From contig VGOW01000011.1 of assembly GCA_016875735.1 (NCBI GenBank), positions 9,288 through 73,287 of the forward strand: 64,000 nucleotides of DNA. Reading direction: 5' to 3'. A program made the translations under genes and the position numbers. Source of the DNA: Chloroflexota bacterium (GTDB taxonomy: Bacteria; Chloroflexota; Anaerolineae; Anaerolineales; VGOW01). Below, piece after piece: positions 55,702 to 64,000 of the stretch. The notes under the pieces are model-generated. The model searched no databases and was not told the DNA's origin. It was given only the letters and a program-made list of their open reading frames with translations. Numbering within the stretch: position 1 is the stretch's first letter; every line of letters begins with the position of its first letter.

Positions 55702-55762
55702 TTTACGGAGAGCGCGATTTGATCTATGATTAGCGCAGTTATATCACAGCATAGAGGCCAAC

Positions 55763-56359
55763 ATGACTCAGCGCATCTTTCACGGCGACATCACCCCCGA
55801 CGATCTGGCGACTGCCCTTGAGGGCGAATTCAATCGCGGCGATCTGCGCGTCACCCGTTCCGGCGGCGGCGATGAGGCCGTCGTCAACATTCACACACCC
55901 TCACGCCGCTCTTCCGGCGGCTCCACGGCCCTCAGCATGACCATCCAAAAACACGAAGACGGAGTCCTCGTTGCTTTGGGCGATCAGGAATGGCTGGGAG
56001 TAGCGGCATCGCTGGGGCAGACCGCGCTCTCGGTGTTCCAAAATCCAATGAACATCCTTGGCCGGCTCGACGATGTGGCCGCCGATGTGGATTCACTCAA
56101 ACTGCCGGAGAAGGTGTGGGAGGCCATCGAGCGGTTCGTCAAAAGCAAAGGCGCATCGAAACAGATTTCGGAGCGGCTCCGAACGACTGCCTGCCCGTAT
56201 TGCAAGGCCGCCAACGCAGTGGGCGCGACCTCCTGCGTGCAGTGCGGCGCTCCGCTCGGCAGTGTGCAACCCGGCTCGTGCGCCAACTGCGGTTTCGTGA
56301 ATGTGAAAGAGGCCAAGTTCTGCGCCAACTGCGGAAACAAACTGAAGGATGAAGGATGA
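55763..56359 (+). CDS. double zinc-ribbon domain protein
   Basis: C-terminal 'CPYCKAANAVGATSCVQCGAPL...CANCGFVNVKEAKFCANCG'. Confidence 0.7.
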   Translation: MTQRIFHGDITPDDLATALEGEFNRGDLRVTRSGGGDEAVVNIHTPSRRSSGGSTALSMTIQKHEDGVLVALGDQEWLGVAASLGQTALSVFQNPMNILGRLDDVAADVDSLKLPEKVWEAIERFVKSKGASKQISERLRTTACPYCKAANAVGATSCVQCGAPLGSVQPGSCANCGFVNVKEAKFCANCGNKLKDEG

Positions 56360-56376
56360 AGGCAGAAGGATGAATG
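56345..56376. repeat. heptamer array (GAAGGAT), left arm flanking the four-helix-bundle pseudogene
   Basis: GAAGGAT GAAGGAT GAAGGCA GAAGGAT GAATG. It overlaps the zinc-ribbon gene stop. Confidence 0.7.
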
Positions 56377-56623
56377 TCAGACCTTTCTGCTTTTCACTTT
56401 CTTGATAATTGTGACGAAGATGGCGATGAGTTGATCCGTTTCATCCTGCAATAGCGTCACGATAATTGGCTCCAACGGCAGTGCTTGAGCGCAAAACCTG
56501 CTTGCCCAACACCTGCGCCACCGTCGTCTTTGGCAACGCCGAATACATCTTGATGATCCGCAATGCGAAAGTCTTCGTTCGCGTCCTCAGATCCTCCGGC
56601 TTGCCTCCTGTTTCATCCTTCAT
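56377..56623 (-). pseudogene. four-helix-bundle (23S rRNA IVS-type) protein gene with an internal deletion and frameshift
   Basis: The N-terminal part 'TFALRIIKMYSALPKTTVAQVLGKQVLRSSTAVGANYRDA' stops at a TGA. The typical family C-terminus 'DQLIAIFVTIIKKVKSRK' follows in another frame. About 50 central residues are missing. Confidence 0.65.
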
Positions 56624-56643
56624 TCCTCCTCCTTCATCCTTCC
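56613..56643. repeat. heptamer array (ATCCTTC), the inverted right arm flanking the four-helix-bundle pseudogene
   Basis: TCATCCTTCATTCCTCCTCCTTCATCCTTCC is the inverted complement of the GAAGGAT family. It overlaps the M20 stop. Confidence 0.7.
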
Positions 56644-57984
56644 AACAATCCTCGCCGTGTGTTTCGTCCCCGTCACAAAATGATCGATTACCATATTCTC
56701 GTTCGGCGCGTGCGCCTGTGAGCCCGGGTAGCCCACGCCCGCCGTCACGATGGGCACATTGAGCGCCTGCAGAAAAACGTGGTTCGGCCCCGAGCCGCCG
56801 ATCATCGGATGCACCACCGGCTCCACCCTATAGGCCTCGCGCGCGGAATCCAAAACAAGTTTGACAAACGGGTGGTCGGGGTCGGTGCGGCCCGGCGCTT
56901 CCCCGCCGAGATAGTTCACCTCCACATCCGAGAATCCTTCGGCCTCCAAATGCGCGCGCAACTTCCGTAGAATGTCGAGCGGCTCTTGATCGGGCACGAG
57001 CCGGAAGTCCACCTTGGCGCTGGCTTGCGCGGGCAGCGCCGTTTTTGATCCCGGCCCCTGATACCCCGACGTGAGTCCGCAAATGGTGCAGGTCGGCACG
57101 AACACTTCCTCGCGCCGCAGTTCCGGCCCGCCCGGCATCCCCTTCAAGAATCCTTTGAGGCCGTAGCGTTTCAGCAAATCATCCGAGTTGTCGGGCAGTG
57201 CGGCCAGCAGTTCGAGGTCGCGCGCCGAAGGCGGCTTCACCGCATCGTAGAAGCCGGGGATGCGAATGCGCTCGTTTCCATCTTTCAGCGTGTTCAGCGC
57301 CCACACCAATCGCCAGGCCGCGTTCGGGAAAATCGATCCGCCGAGTCCCGAATGAGCGTCGAGCGTTCCGGTCTTCACGCTCAGTTCAACATAGCAAATA
57401 CCGCGCAGGCCAAGATATTGAGTCGGCCTCCCCTCATGATCGACGCCGCCGAACTCCCACACGCACCCATCGGCCTTGAGTTTGGCCGCGTGATCTTTGA
57501 CGAACGCTTCGAGATTGAGGCTGCTGGTTTCCTCTTCGCCTTCGATCACGAATTTGATCCGGCACGGATACGATCCGGTTACTGCCTTCACCGCATCCAA
57601 CGCCGAGAGGCGGCACTGGATGTGGCCTTTGTCGTCGGACACCCCGCGCGCAAAAAGTTTGCCGTCGCGAAGCGTCGGTTGAAACGGCGGCGAGTCCCAC
57701 AGTTCGAGCGGCTCCGGCGGCTGCACGTCGTAATGGTTGTAAAAGAGGAGGGCGCGATCGCTGTCGCCCGCCGCTTCTCCGTACACCACCGGGTGCCCGT
57801 TCGTGGCGATGATCTCCACCGCGAACCCGCGCCGCTTCAGCATCTCGGCCACCAATTCGGAGCATTCGCGAATTCCGAGTCCCTGCGCCGACACGCTCGG
57901 CTGGGCGCACAACCGCGACAACTCGGCCATCGAGTCGTCGAGGTGATCCACGATGTATTTGTCAATTGCGGCGAAGTCAGTCAT
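56620..57984 (-). CDS. M20-family metallopeptidase (dipeptidase/ArgE-like)
   Basis: Contains 'LLFYNHYDVQP', 'LFARGVSDDKG', 'IEGEEETSS' and 'HAPNENM'. The ATG is at 57984. The upstream 300 codons of the track ORF are shadow. Confidence 0.85.
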   Translation of the reverse strand: MTDFAAIDKYIVDHLDDSMAELSRLCAQPSVSAQGLGIRECSELVAEMLKRRGFAVEIIATNGHPVVYGEAAGDSDRALLFYNHYDVQPPEPLELWDSPPFQPTLRDGKLFARGVSDDKGHIQCRLSALDAVKAVTGSYPCRIKFVIEGEEETSSLNLEAFVKDHAAKLKADGCVWEFGGVDHEGRPTQYLGLRGICYVELSVKTGTLDAHSGLGGSIFPNAAWRLVWALNTLKDGNERIRIPGFYDAVKPPSARDLELLAALPDNSDDLLKRYGLKGFLKGMPGGPELRREEVFVPTCTICGLTSGYQGPGSKTALPAQASAKVDFRLVPDQEPLDILRKLRAHLEAEGFSDVEVNYLGGEAPGRTDPDHPFVKLVLDSAREAYRVEPVVHPMIGGSGPNHVFLQALNVPIVTAGVGYPGSQAHAPNENMVIDHFVTGTKHTARIVGRMKEEE

Positions 57985-58050
57985 CGTCAAATTCCTTTCG
58001 CGCAAGATTATAGACCGGAATATAATTGGCGCACTGGAGATCGAACGCGC

Positions 58051-59037
58051 ATGGAGTATCGCAACCTCGGCCCCACCGGCCTCGACGTTTCGGCGATCTG
58101 TCTCGGCACAATGCAGTTCAAGTGGACAGCCGATGAGTCGGCTTCGTATGCCGTGCTCGATTCGTTTTACGAGTCGGGCGGCAACTTCATCGACACCGCC
58201 GACATTTACTCGAACTGGGCGCCGGGCCTCTCCGGCGGCGAAGCCGAAACCGTCATCGGCGAATGGATGAAACGCAAAGGCAACCGCAGCAAAATCATCC
58301 TCGCCACCAAAGTGCGCGGCAAAATGTGGGATGGCCCCGACGGCGAAGGCCTCAGCCGCGCTCACATCATGCGCGCCGTCGAAGACTCTCTGCGCCGACT
58401 GCAAACCGACACCATTGACCTCTATCAATCGCACTGGCCCGATACCGACACTCGAATTGAAGAAACCATGCGCGCCTTCGATGATTTGGTGAAGCAGGGC
58501 AAAGCGCGGTTCGTCGGCTGTTCGAACTACAGCGGCGATCAATTGGCCGAAGCCCTGCAAGCCTCCAAGCGCGACGGGCTGATCGAATACACCACCATTC
58601 AACCCCACTGGTCGCTCGTCGAGCGGCAGAAGTTCGAACTCGAAACTTATCCCACCGTCAAAATCTACGGACTCGGCATCATTCCCTACAGCCCGCTCGG
58701 CCGCGGCTTCCTCACCGGTAAATACCGCGCCAACAAACCTCTGCCCAAGAGTCTGCGCATCGAAAGCGTGAGACCCCTGCTCAACAACAAGAACTTCATC
58801 CTCCTCGACAAACTCGAAGCCATCGGCAAAGCGCGCGGCAAGAGCATCGCCCAAATCGCGCTCGGCTGGCTGCTTGCCCGCGATCAAGTGGTGTCGGTCA
58901 TCATCGGCGCGAACACCCCCGAGCAGCTCGCCGACAGTCTCGGCGCATCGGGCCTGCGCCTCACCGACGACGAGATGTACGAACTCAACCGACTCACCTC
59001 GTGGGCCACGGGCATCCTCAGCACGCCGGTATCGTGA
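58051..59037 (+). CDS. aldo/keto reductase
   Basis: Contains 'LGTMQFKW', 'FIDTADIYS', 'LATKV', 'IDLYQSHWPD' and 'IPYSPLGRGFLTGKY'. The ATG is at 58051. Confidence 0.9.
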   Translation: MEYRNLGPTGLDVSAICLGTMQFKWTADESASYAVLDSFYESGGNFIDTADIYSNWAPGLSGGEAETVIGEWMKRKGNRSKIILATKVRGKMWDGPDGEGLSRAHIMRAVEDSLRRLQTDTIDLYQSHWPDTDTRIEETMRAFDDLVKQGKARFVGCSNYSGDQLAEALQASKRDGLIEYTTIQPHWSLVERQKFELETYPTVKIYGLGIIPYSPLGRGFLTGKYRANKPLPKSLRIESVRPLLNNKNFILLDKLEAIGKARGKSIAQIALGWLLARDQVVSVIIGANTPEQLADSLGASGLRLTDDEMYELNRLTSWATGILSTPVS

Positions 59038-60458
59038 ACCTCCTCCTCGCCTGCTACGAACTCGGCCACCAACCGCTCAGCCTCGCCTGGCCGCTGGCCT
59101 TCCTCAAACGCGCCGGGGCCGAAGCCATCGCGCTCGATCTCGCAGCCCAACCCTTCTCGGACGAACTTGCCGCGCAGGCCCGCTTCGTCGGCATCGCCGC
59201 GCCCATGCACACCGCCCTGCGCATCGGCGTGGAAGCCGCCGCCCGCGTGCGCGCCCTCAACCCCCGCGCGCACATCTGCTTCTTCGGTTTGTATGCCTCG
59301 CTCAACGAGGATTATTTGCTCGAGGGCATCGCCGATTCGGTGATCTCAGGCGAATACGAAGAAGCGCTCACGCAGTTGATCATCGCCATCCGGTCGGGGA
59401 ACCGCCACCCCGCTCAAGTGCCCGGCGTATCCACTCCCGACTCCCGCGCCCACCCCGCCCTCAACCGTCTCCCCTTCCCTCTCCCCGAACGATCATCATT
59501 GCCCGCGCTCGATCATTACACTCGCTATCGAAACAACGGCCACATCCAACTTGCCGGATACACCGAAGCCAGCCGGGGTTGTTTGCACACTTGCGCTCAT
59601 TGCCCCATCGCGCCGGTGTACGGCGGTCGCTTTTTCGTCGCGCCAATCGAAACCGTCCTCGCCGACATTCGCCAGCAAATCGACTCGGGCGCGCAGCACA
59701 TCACCTTCGGCGACCCCGATTTTCTCAACGGCCCGCGCCACGCCCTCGACATCGCCCGCGCCCTGCGCGCCGAGTTTCCTCAAGTCACTTTCGACTTCAC
59801 GGCCAAAGTCGAACACATCATCAAACACCACTCGCTGTTCCCCCAATTCGCCGAACTTGGCTGCGCGTTCATCACTTCGGCCATCGAATCGCTCAGTGAT
59901 GTTGTTCTGCAGAGGCTCGCCAAAAGCCACACCGCGGCCGACATCGAAACTGCGCTGGGCATCCTCGACTCGGCGGGCATCGCCCTGCACCCCACGCTCG
60001 TCGCCTTCACCCCCTGGACGACGCTCGACGATTACCTCGCGCAGATCGAATGGATTCACGCGCGCGGACTCGCTCATCACATCGCGCCCGTGCAGCTGTC
60101 CATTCGACTCCTCGTCCCGCCGCGCTCCGCCCTCCTCAATCTGCCCGACACCCCGCATTGGCTCGGCCCATTGGACTCCGCCAACTTCACCTACCGTTGG
60201 TCGCACCCCGATCCGCGAATGGATAAACTCCACTCTCAAATTTCCGCTCTCGTTGAAGAGGCCGAACTCGCCGACGAGCCTGCTCCACTCGCCCACAACC
60301 GAATCCGCGAAGCGGCCTTCACCGCCGCCGGGCTTTTCGCCCCCCCGCCCTCTCCGTCTCACATCCCCCGCCCCGCCCCTCCGCGCCTCACCGAAAACTG
60401 GTTCTGTTGAGCAGAGCCGACACGAGATCAGGTTGGTCTTTTAGCGAATGGCGGATAG
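59034..60458 (+). CDS. radical SAM enzyme with a C-U-A-E-P tail (in-frame UGA at 60408-60410; CUAEP/CCAEP-tail radical SAM selenoprotein family)
   Basis: Cluster motif 'SRGCLHTCAHCP' (CX3CX2C), plus an N-terminal B12-binding-like domain. The track ORF ends '...TENWFC' at a TGA, and the next codons read A-E-P. The frame continues 15 codons to the TAG at 60456. The GTG at 59034 overlaps the AKR stop (GTGA). Confidence 0.75.
60424..60440 (+). promoter_or_regulatory. SECIS-like hairpin downstream of UGA 60408
   Basis: GAGATCA-GGT-TGGTCTT, a 7-bp stem that includes two G-U wobble pairs. It starts 13 nt after the UGA. Confidence 0.5.
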
Positions 60459-60519
60459 CGGATAGCAGGTAGCAGGTAGCAAGTAGCATTGTTCATTGTT
60501 CATTGTTCATTGTTCATTC
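60446..60519. repeat. consecutive heptamer arrays (GCGGATA x2, GCAGGTA x3, CATTGTT x4)
   Basis: GGCGGATAGCGGATAGCAGGTAGCAGGTAGCAAGTAGCATTGTTCATTGTTCATTGTTCATTGTTCATTC. Confidence 0.8.
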
Positions 60520-60725
60520 AAAAACACTTGCAGCGGCTCGCCGCCGAACCGCGGCCCCGGCGTGAAGTAACTCACGCCGAACGAGGCCGTGCGATAGCCC
60601 GTGAGTCTCAGATACGGAACGGCGGGATGCCCCAGCGCGCGCAGAATGATCTACCACCGCCCGGTGAAACTCAACAGCGTGAGCAGTCCGTCATATCCGC
60701 GTAATCCGCGTTCCCACTTTTCCAT
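60507..60725 (-). pseudogene. remnant of a UPF0104/lysyl-PG-synthase-TM-domain-family membrane protein gene
   Basis: '...LLSFTGRW*IILRALGHPAVPYLRLTGYRTASFGVSYFTPGPRFGGEPLQVF' has an in-frame TAG at 60651-60653. It is only ~72 codons long and is truncated at a (CATTGTT)n array. Confidence 0.4.
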
Positions 60726-60810
60726 CGGCCAAAGCTGCGAATGAATGGAACGATTAAACCAAAACGCCCCGAATACAAAACCTTCGGGGCGCTGGTGAAA
60801 ACGATGCAAA

Positions 60811-61344
60811 TCACAACGCCGGTTGCGCCAGCGACTCCTTCAGCCGCTCGATGCGCCGCTGGATGTATGGAGAGAAGTGCCCGGCATATTTTTCCTGCAA
60901 TTCGGGAAGCATCCAATCGTTGCCGGTGATTCGGCCCCGGCAAGTCGGCATCCCACAGCCGCACTCGAATTCGTCATAGGGGCTGGCATCCGTCATCGCG
61001 TAATCGAAACACACTTCCTCGCCCGGCTTAATGTCGCGCAGAGCCACCAGCGCAATCTGCCCCACCAGTCCGGCGTTCGGCTCGCAACTATGGTTGATGT
61101 GATCCGCCGGATCCTCCGGCGAGTTCGAGACGAGGTAACGATCCTCTTCCACTTGCACGCTTCGGCTTTGCAGCTCCATGGGCAAGGTCACGAAAGTCTG
61201 ATGATCCACCACACTGCCGCCCCACACCACCACCAGTTCTCCGGCGCTCACCCGGTGTCGAGCGTACACGCCAAAACCGCCTTTGGCCGGGTTCAGCCGC
61301 CCTTCCAATTGGGGCGAGAGATACCCATCGCGACGTTGCGCCAT
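60811..61344 (-). CDS. SET-domain protein (putative protein-lysine methyltransferase)
   Basis: Contains 'GFGVYA', 'INHSCEPN', 'GEEVCFDY' and a post-SET Cys cluster 'FECGCGMPTCRG'. Confidence 0.8.
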   Translation of the reverse strand: MAQRRDGYLSPQLEGRLNPAKGGFGVYARHRVSAGELVVVWGGSVVDHQTFVTLPMELQSRSVQVEEDRYLVSNSPEDPADHINHSCEPNAGLVGQIALVALRDIKPGEEVCFDYAMTDASPYDEFECGCGMPTCRGRITGNDWMLPELQEKYAGHFSPYIQRRIERLKESLAQPAL

Positions 61345-61508
61345 CTTCTTTCGTTCTTTGCATCCTCCGGTTAAAAGATTTCAGCGCCCCACAGTTCGCG
61401 CCGCAAAGCGCGAGTGCAGTTCGCTGATACCGCCGAGTTGGGAGTATAGCCCCCAAACACCCGGCGTCAAGCCCCGCCAGAAATTTTAAGCCGCGATACA
61501 ATCACCCC

Positions 61509-61805
61509 ATGCGCCTCTCCCGCAATCTCGCCATCCTCACCGCGTCATCGCTCATCCTCTCGCTTGGGCAAGAAATGTGGTTCGGCTTCGCGCCCGAATT
61601 TCTGCGCGCGCTCGGCGCGGGGGTCATCGCCGTCGGCTTCTTCAGCAGTCTGCAAGATTTGTTCGAAGCCCTCTATCACTACCCGGGCGGATGGCTCACG
61701 GATCGTTACGGCGTGCGCCGCTCGTTGATCATCGCTAACCTCGCCGCCGGACTCGGATACTTCATCTACCTCATCAGCCCGCATTTCGCCGTAAAGTTTG
61801 AGTGA
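61509..61805 (+). pseudogene. N-terminal fragment of an MFS transporter
   Basis: 98 aa covering about 2-3 TM segments, with 'GGWLTDRYGVRRSLI' (the MFS motif A region). It ends at a 15-bp direct repeat. An intact MFS protein has 12 TM segments. Confidence 0.55.
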
Positions 61806-61829
61806 GCGCGGGGTGAACCATGCATAAAT

Positions 61830-61857
61830 AGTCCAGCCGCCTGAGGGCGGCTGGACT
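61830..61857. terminator. hairpin (bidirectional terminator-like) between the MFS fragment and the MCP gene
   Basis: AGTCCAGCCGCC-TGAG-GGCGGCTGGACT, a perfect 12-bp stem. Confidence 0.6.
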
Positions 61858-61888
61858 CGTTGAATGCAGTGAGTGAGCGCGGGGCGCG

Positions 61889-64000
61889 CTATCGCGCGGA
61901 AACGGCGCCGGCGGCTCGCTTCGAATGCTCGGGGGATGGCACAGTCCATTGCACATCGTACTCACAGAAGGCGTCGCCACTGTGAGCGCAGTGCGTCTTC
62001 TCCACCGTGCCCTCGCCGCCCGCGGCTCTGATCGCCCCCTCCATCCAGCCCGGCAAATTATAGTGGCACATGTCGCTCGTCAACCCATCCGCCTCCCTCA
62101 CCTGCACTCGGAGGTGGCCCTCGCTTTCAACTTGCACCTTCACCGGCGCCTCCCCCCAATAATGGCGAATGATGAGATCCATTCGGCGGAGGGTGTGGCC
62201 CGGATCGCCCTTCTTGAAGTAGTGCGAGAGTCCCCGATGCAAATCGTCTTCCGCCAAATACGCCGCCATCTCGCGCAGCACGTCCAAACGCCCGCCAGCC
62301 AGCTCTTTGAGAATGGCCGCCATGAGCGTCTTGAGATATTCGCGGGGGAATTCGGCGTTGTCGAGCAGCTCGCCGCGAAGGATGTTTGCCAGCTCGGGCG
62401 GCAGCCGTTTGAGCAAACGATCCAGCGCCCCGCCGCCGTATCGCTCGGCCACAAAATTGAGGCGCGCGCGCAAGGCCGAGCCGCGCGTGACCTGCCCGGC
62501 GCTGGCCGACACCATGAATTGAGCGATGGCTTGCTGAAGGGTCACCGCCATTTCACTCAACGACTGCGCCGATGCGCTCACCTCTTCAACCTGCGCGCTC
62601 ATCTCTTCCGTTTCTGCGCTCACTTCTTCTACCGCCGCGCCGTTTTCCTCACTCACGCTGGCAATGTTTTCCATTGACTGCACAACCACTTCCGATCCCG
62701 CCGCCATCTTTGCCGTCGCCGCCATCGTCTCTTTCACCACCCCGCTCACCACATCGGTCGCCGCAACCAAGTCACCCGAAAGCGTCATCATGTGCTGGGT
62801 GGCCGCCAGCGCCGACTGGGCTTGCTTTTGCACCGCCTCGGCCGCTTTGAGGATGTTCGCCAGCGCATCCCCCGCCTGATTCGCCCGCGCCACGCCCGTC
62901 TCCACTTCCTTCGCGCCCGCGTCCATTGCCGACATCGCCTCGCCCATCGTCTGCTGGATGCCGCGAATCAACCCGCCGATCTCCTTCGTCGCCCCGCTCG
63001 CCCGCTCCGCCAACTTGCGAACCTCGTCGGCCACCACCGCAAAACCCCTGCCGTGCTCCCCGGCGCGCGCCGCCTCAATCGCCGCGTTCAGCGCCAGCAG
63101 ATTCGTCTGCGAGGCAATTTCTTCAATCGTCTCCACGATCACCCCAATCTGATCCGACCTCCGCCCCATCTCTCTCACCTTCTCCGCCGACAGGCCAACT
63201 TTGACTTTGATCGTCGCCATCCCGCGAATCGTTTCGTCCACCGTCTTGGCTCCGGCTCGCGCCGCCGTGGCCGTCTCCGCCGAATCAGCCGTCACCGCCT
63301 GCGCATTGCCCGACACTTGCCTCACCGCCGATGTGAGTTGCGAAGTCACATCGGACACTTTTCCAACAGCCTGCGCCTGTTCCTGCGCGCCGTGCGCCAG
63401 CCCCTCTATTGCCCGGCGCAGTTGTTCCATCGTCGTTGCTGTCGTCGTCACGCTTTCAGATTGTTGGGCGGTGCCCTTGGCGACCTGCTGAATGATGGAA
63501 GAAATTTGCGATGTCGCCCGCCCGGCCTGATTGGCCGCCGAAGCCAATTGCCCGGAAGCGGCGGCGAGGTTGTTGGCGCTGGCGGCAACATCCGAGACAG
63601 TTTGCCGGAGGGTCACGATCATTTTGGCGAAGGCCGCGCCCAGCGCGTCCCGATCCGACTTGGGCGTAACATCCTTTGTCAGATCGTTGCGAGCCATTCT
63701 CGCGGCCACCTCGGCCATCTCCTTGAGGTAGGCCACCATGTCCCGGAATGTCCCGGCCATGACGCCAATCTCGTCCCGACTGGCAATGTCTATTTGTTGG
63801 TCGACATCGCCCCCGGCGATGGCTTGGGCCGCTGTTGCCAGGCGCTTGACCGGGCGGGTAATGGCCCGCGCGCTGAACACACCCAGGCCCAAACCGATCC
63901 CCAACGCCACCCCAACCAGAATCAACGAAGTCGTGATCACTGCCTGGACACGAGCGTTAGCGGCCGCCTGGGCCTCGTTCAGACGGGTAGCTTCCAGATC
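61889..64000 (-). CDS. methyl-accepting chemotaxis protein, 5'-partial (continues beyond the window), with an extra C-terminal V4R/DUF2378-like domain
   Basis: Has a TM segment, a HAMP domain ('[17 protein letters not shown]...') and an MA signalling domain ('[39 protein letters not shown]'). The frame stays open to position 64000. The C-terminus ends '[18 protein letters not shown]'. Confidence 0.85.
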   Translation of the reverse strand, partial: DLEATRLNEAQAAANARVQAVITTSLILVGVALGIGLGLGVFSARAITRPVKRLATAAQAIAGGDVDQQIDIASRDEIGVMAGTFRDMVAYLKEMAEVAARMARNDLTKDVTPKSDRDALGAAFAKMIVTLRQTVSDVAASANNLAAASGQLASAANQAGRATSQISSIIQQVAKGTAQQSESVTTTATTMEQLRRAIEGLAHGAQEQAQAVGKVSDVTSQLTSAVRQVSGNAQAVTADSAETATAARAGAKTVDETIRGMATIKVKVGLSAEKVREMGRRSDQIGVIVETIEEIASQTNLLALNAAIEAARAGEHGRGFAVVADEVRKLAERASGATKEIGGLIRGIQQTMGEAMSAMDAGAKEVETGVARANQAGDALANILKAAEAVQKQAQSALAATQHMMTLSGDLVAATDVVSGVVKETMAATAKMAAGSEVVVQSMENIASVSEENGAAVEEVSAETEEMSAQVEEVSASAQSLSEMAVTLQQAIAQFMVSASAGQVTRGSALRARLNFVAERYGGGALDRLLKRLPPELANILRGELLDNAEFPREYLKTLMAAILKELAGGRLDVLREMAAYLAEDDLHRGLSHYFKKGDPGHTLRRMDLIIRHYWGEAPVKVQVESEGHLRVQVREADGLTSDMCHYNLPGWMEGAIRAAGGEGTVEKTHCAHSGDAFCEYDVQWTVPSPEHSKRAAGAVSAR

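Noticed and set aside
60651-60653. The in-frame TAG in the UPF0104-like sequence as a recoding site
   Set aside because: The surrounding reading frame is only a ~72-codon fragment truncated at both ends. A pseudogene relic is the simpler reading.
60671-60964. A 97-aa ORF between the radical SAM and SET genes
   Set aside because: It overlaps the 3' end of the SET gene in a different frame on the same strand, and also the membrane-protein relic. It has no recognisable motifs.

Overview
A 64 kb chromosomal segment from a high-GC bacterium (roughly mid-60s % by eye). Its gene content tentatively resembles Chloroflexota: giant GT39/YfhO membrane glycosyltransferases, a Hanks kinase with an NBR1-like ectodomain, and four-helix-bundle IVS-type genes. 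About 60 genes are tightly packed, with many ATGA/GTGA start-stop overlaps. They include ftsZ; an lgt/TlpA/NPP-phosphodiesterase/hemolysin-III operon; an IclR-GcvT-like-2x FAD oxidoreductase operon; YitT; a creatininase-family gene; an amino-acid ABC transporter; an MttB-family methyltransferase with a cystathionine gamma-lyase; a Ser/Thr kinase; ppc; a large envelope-glycosylation cluster; pstSCAB plus a divergent second pstB; a polyprenyl synthase; tatD; deoB; glmM; gmd/rmd; moeA; relA/spoT; an M20 peptidase; an AKR; a SET-domain protein; and a partial MCP. There are two headline observations. (1) Three genes that the ORF track splits or truncates are interrupted by in-frame UGA, each followed 11-14 nt later by a 7-bp hairpin with a G(G)U loop, which is SECIS-like. 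They are a MerB-like lyase with UGA on the catalytic Cys column, a radical SAM enzyme ending in C-U-A-E-P, and a class I methyltransferase with a UGA-UGA doublet. This argues for selenocysteine recoding rather than three pseudogenes. (2) The window carries about 24 STRR-like arrays of short tandem words (mostly 7 nt), often arranged as inverted arrays that form hairpins. Some lie in frame inside conserved genes (ppc and four envelope glycosyltransferases). I saw no rRNA, tRNA, CRISPR array, transposase or integrase.
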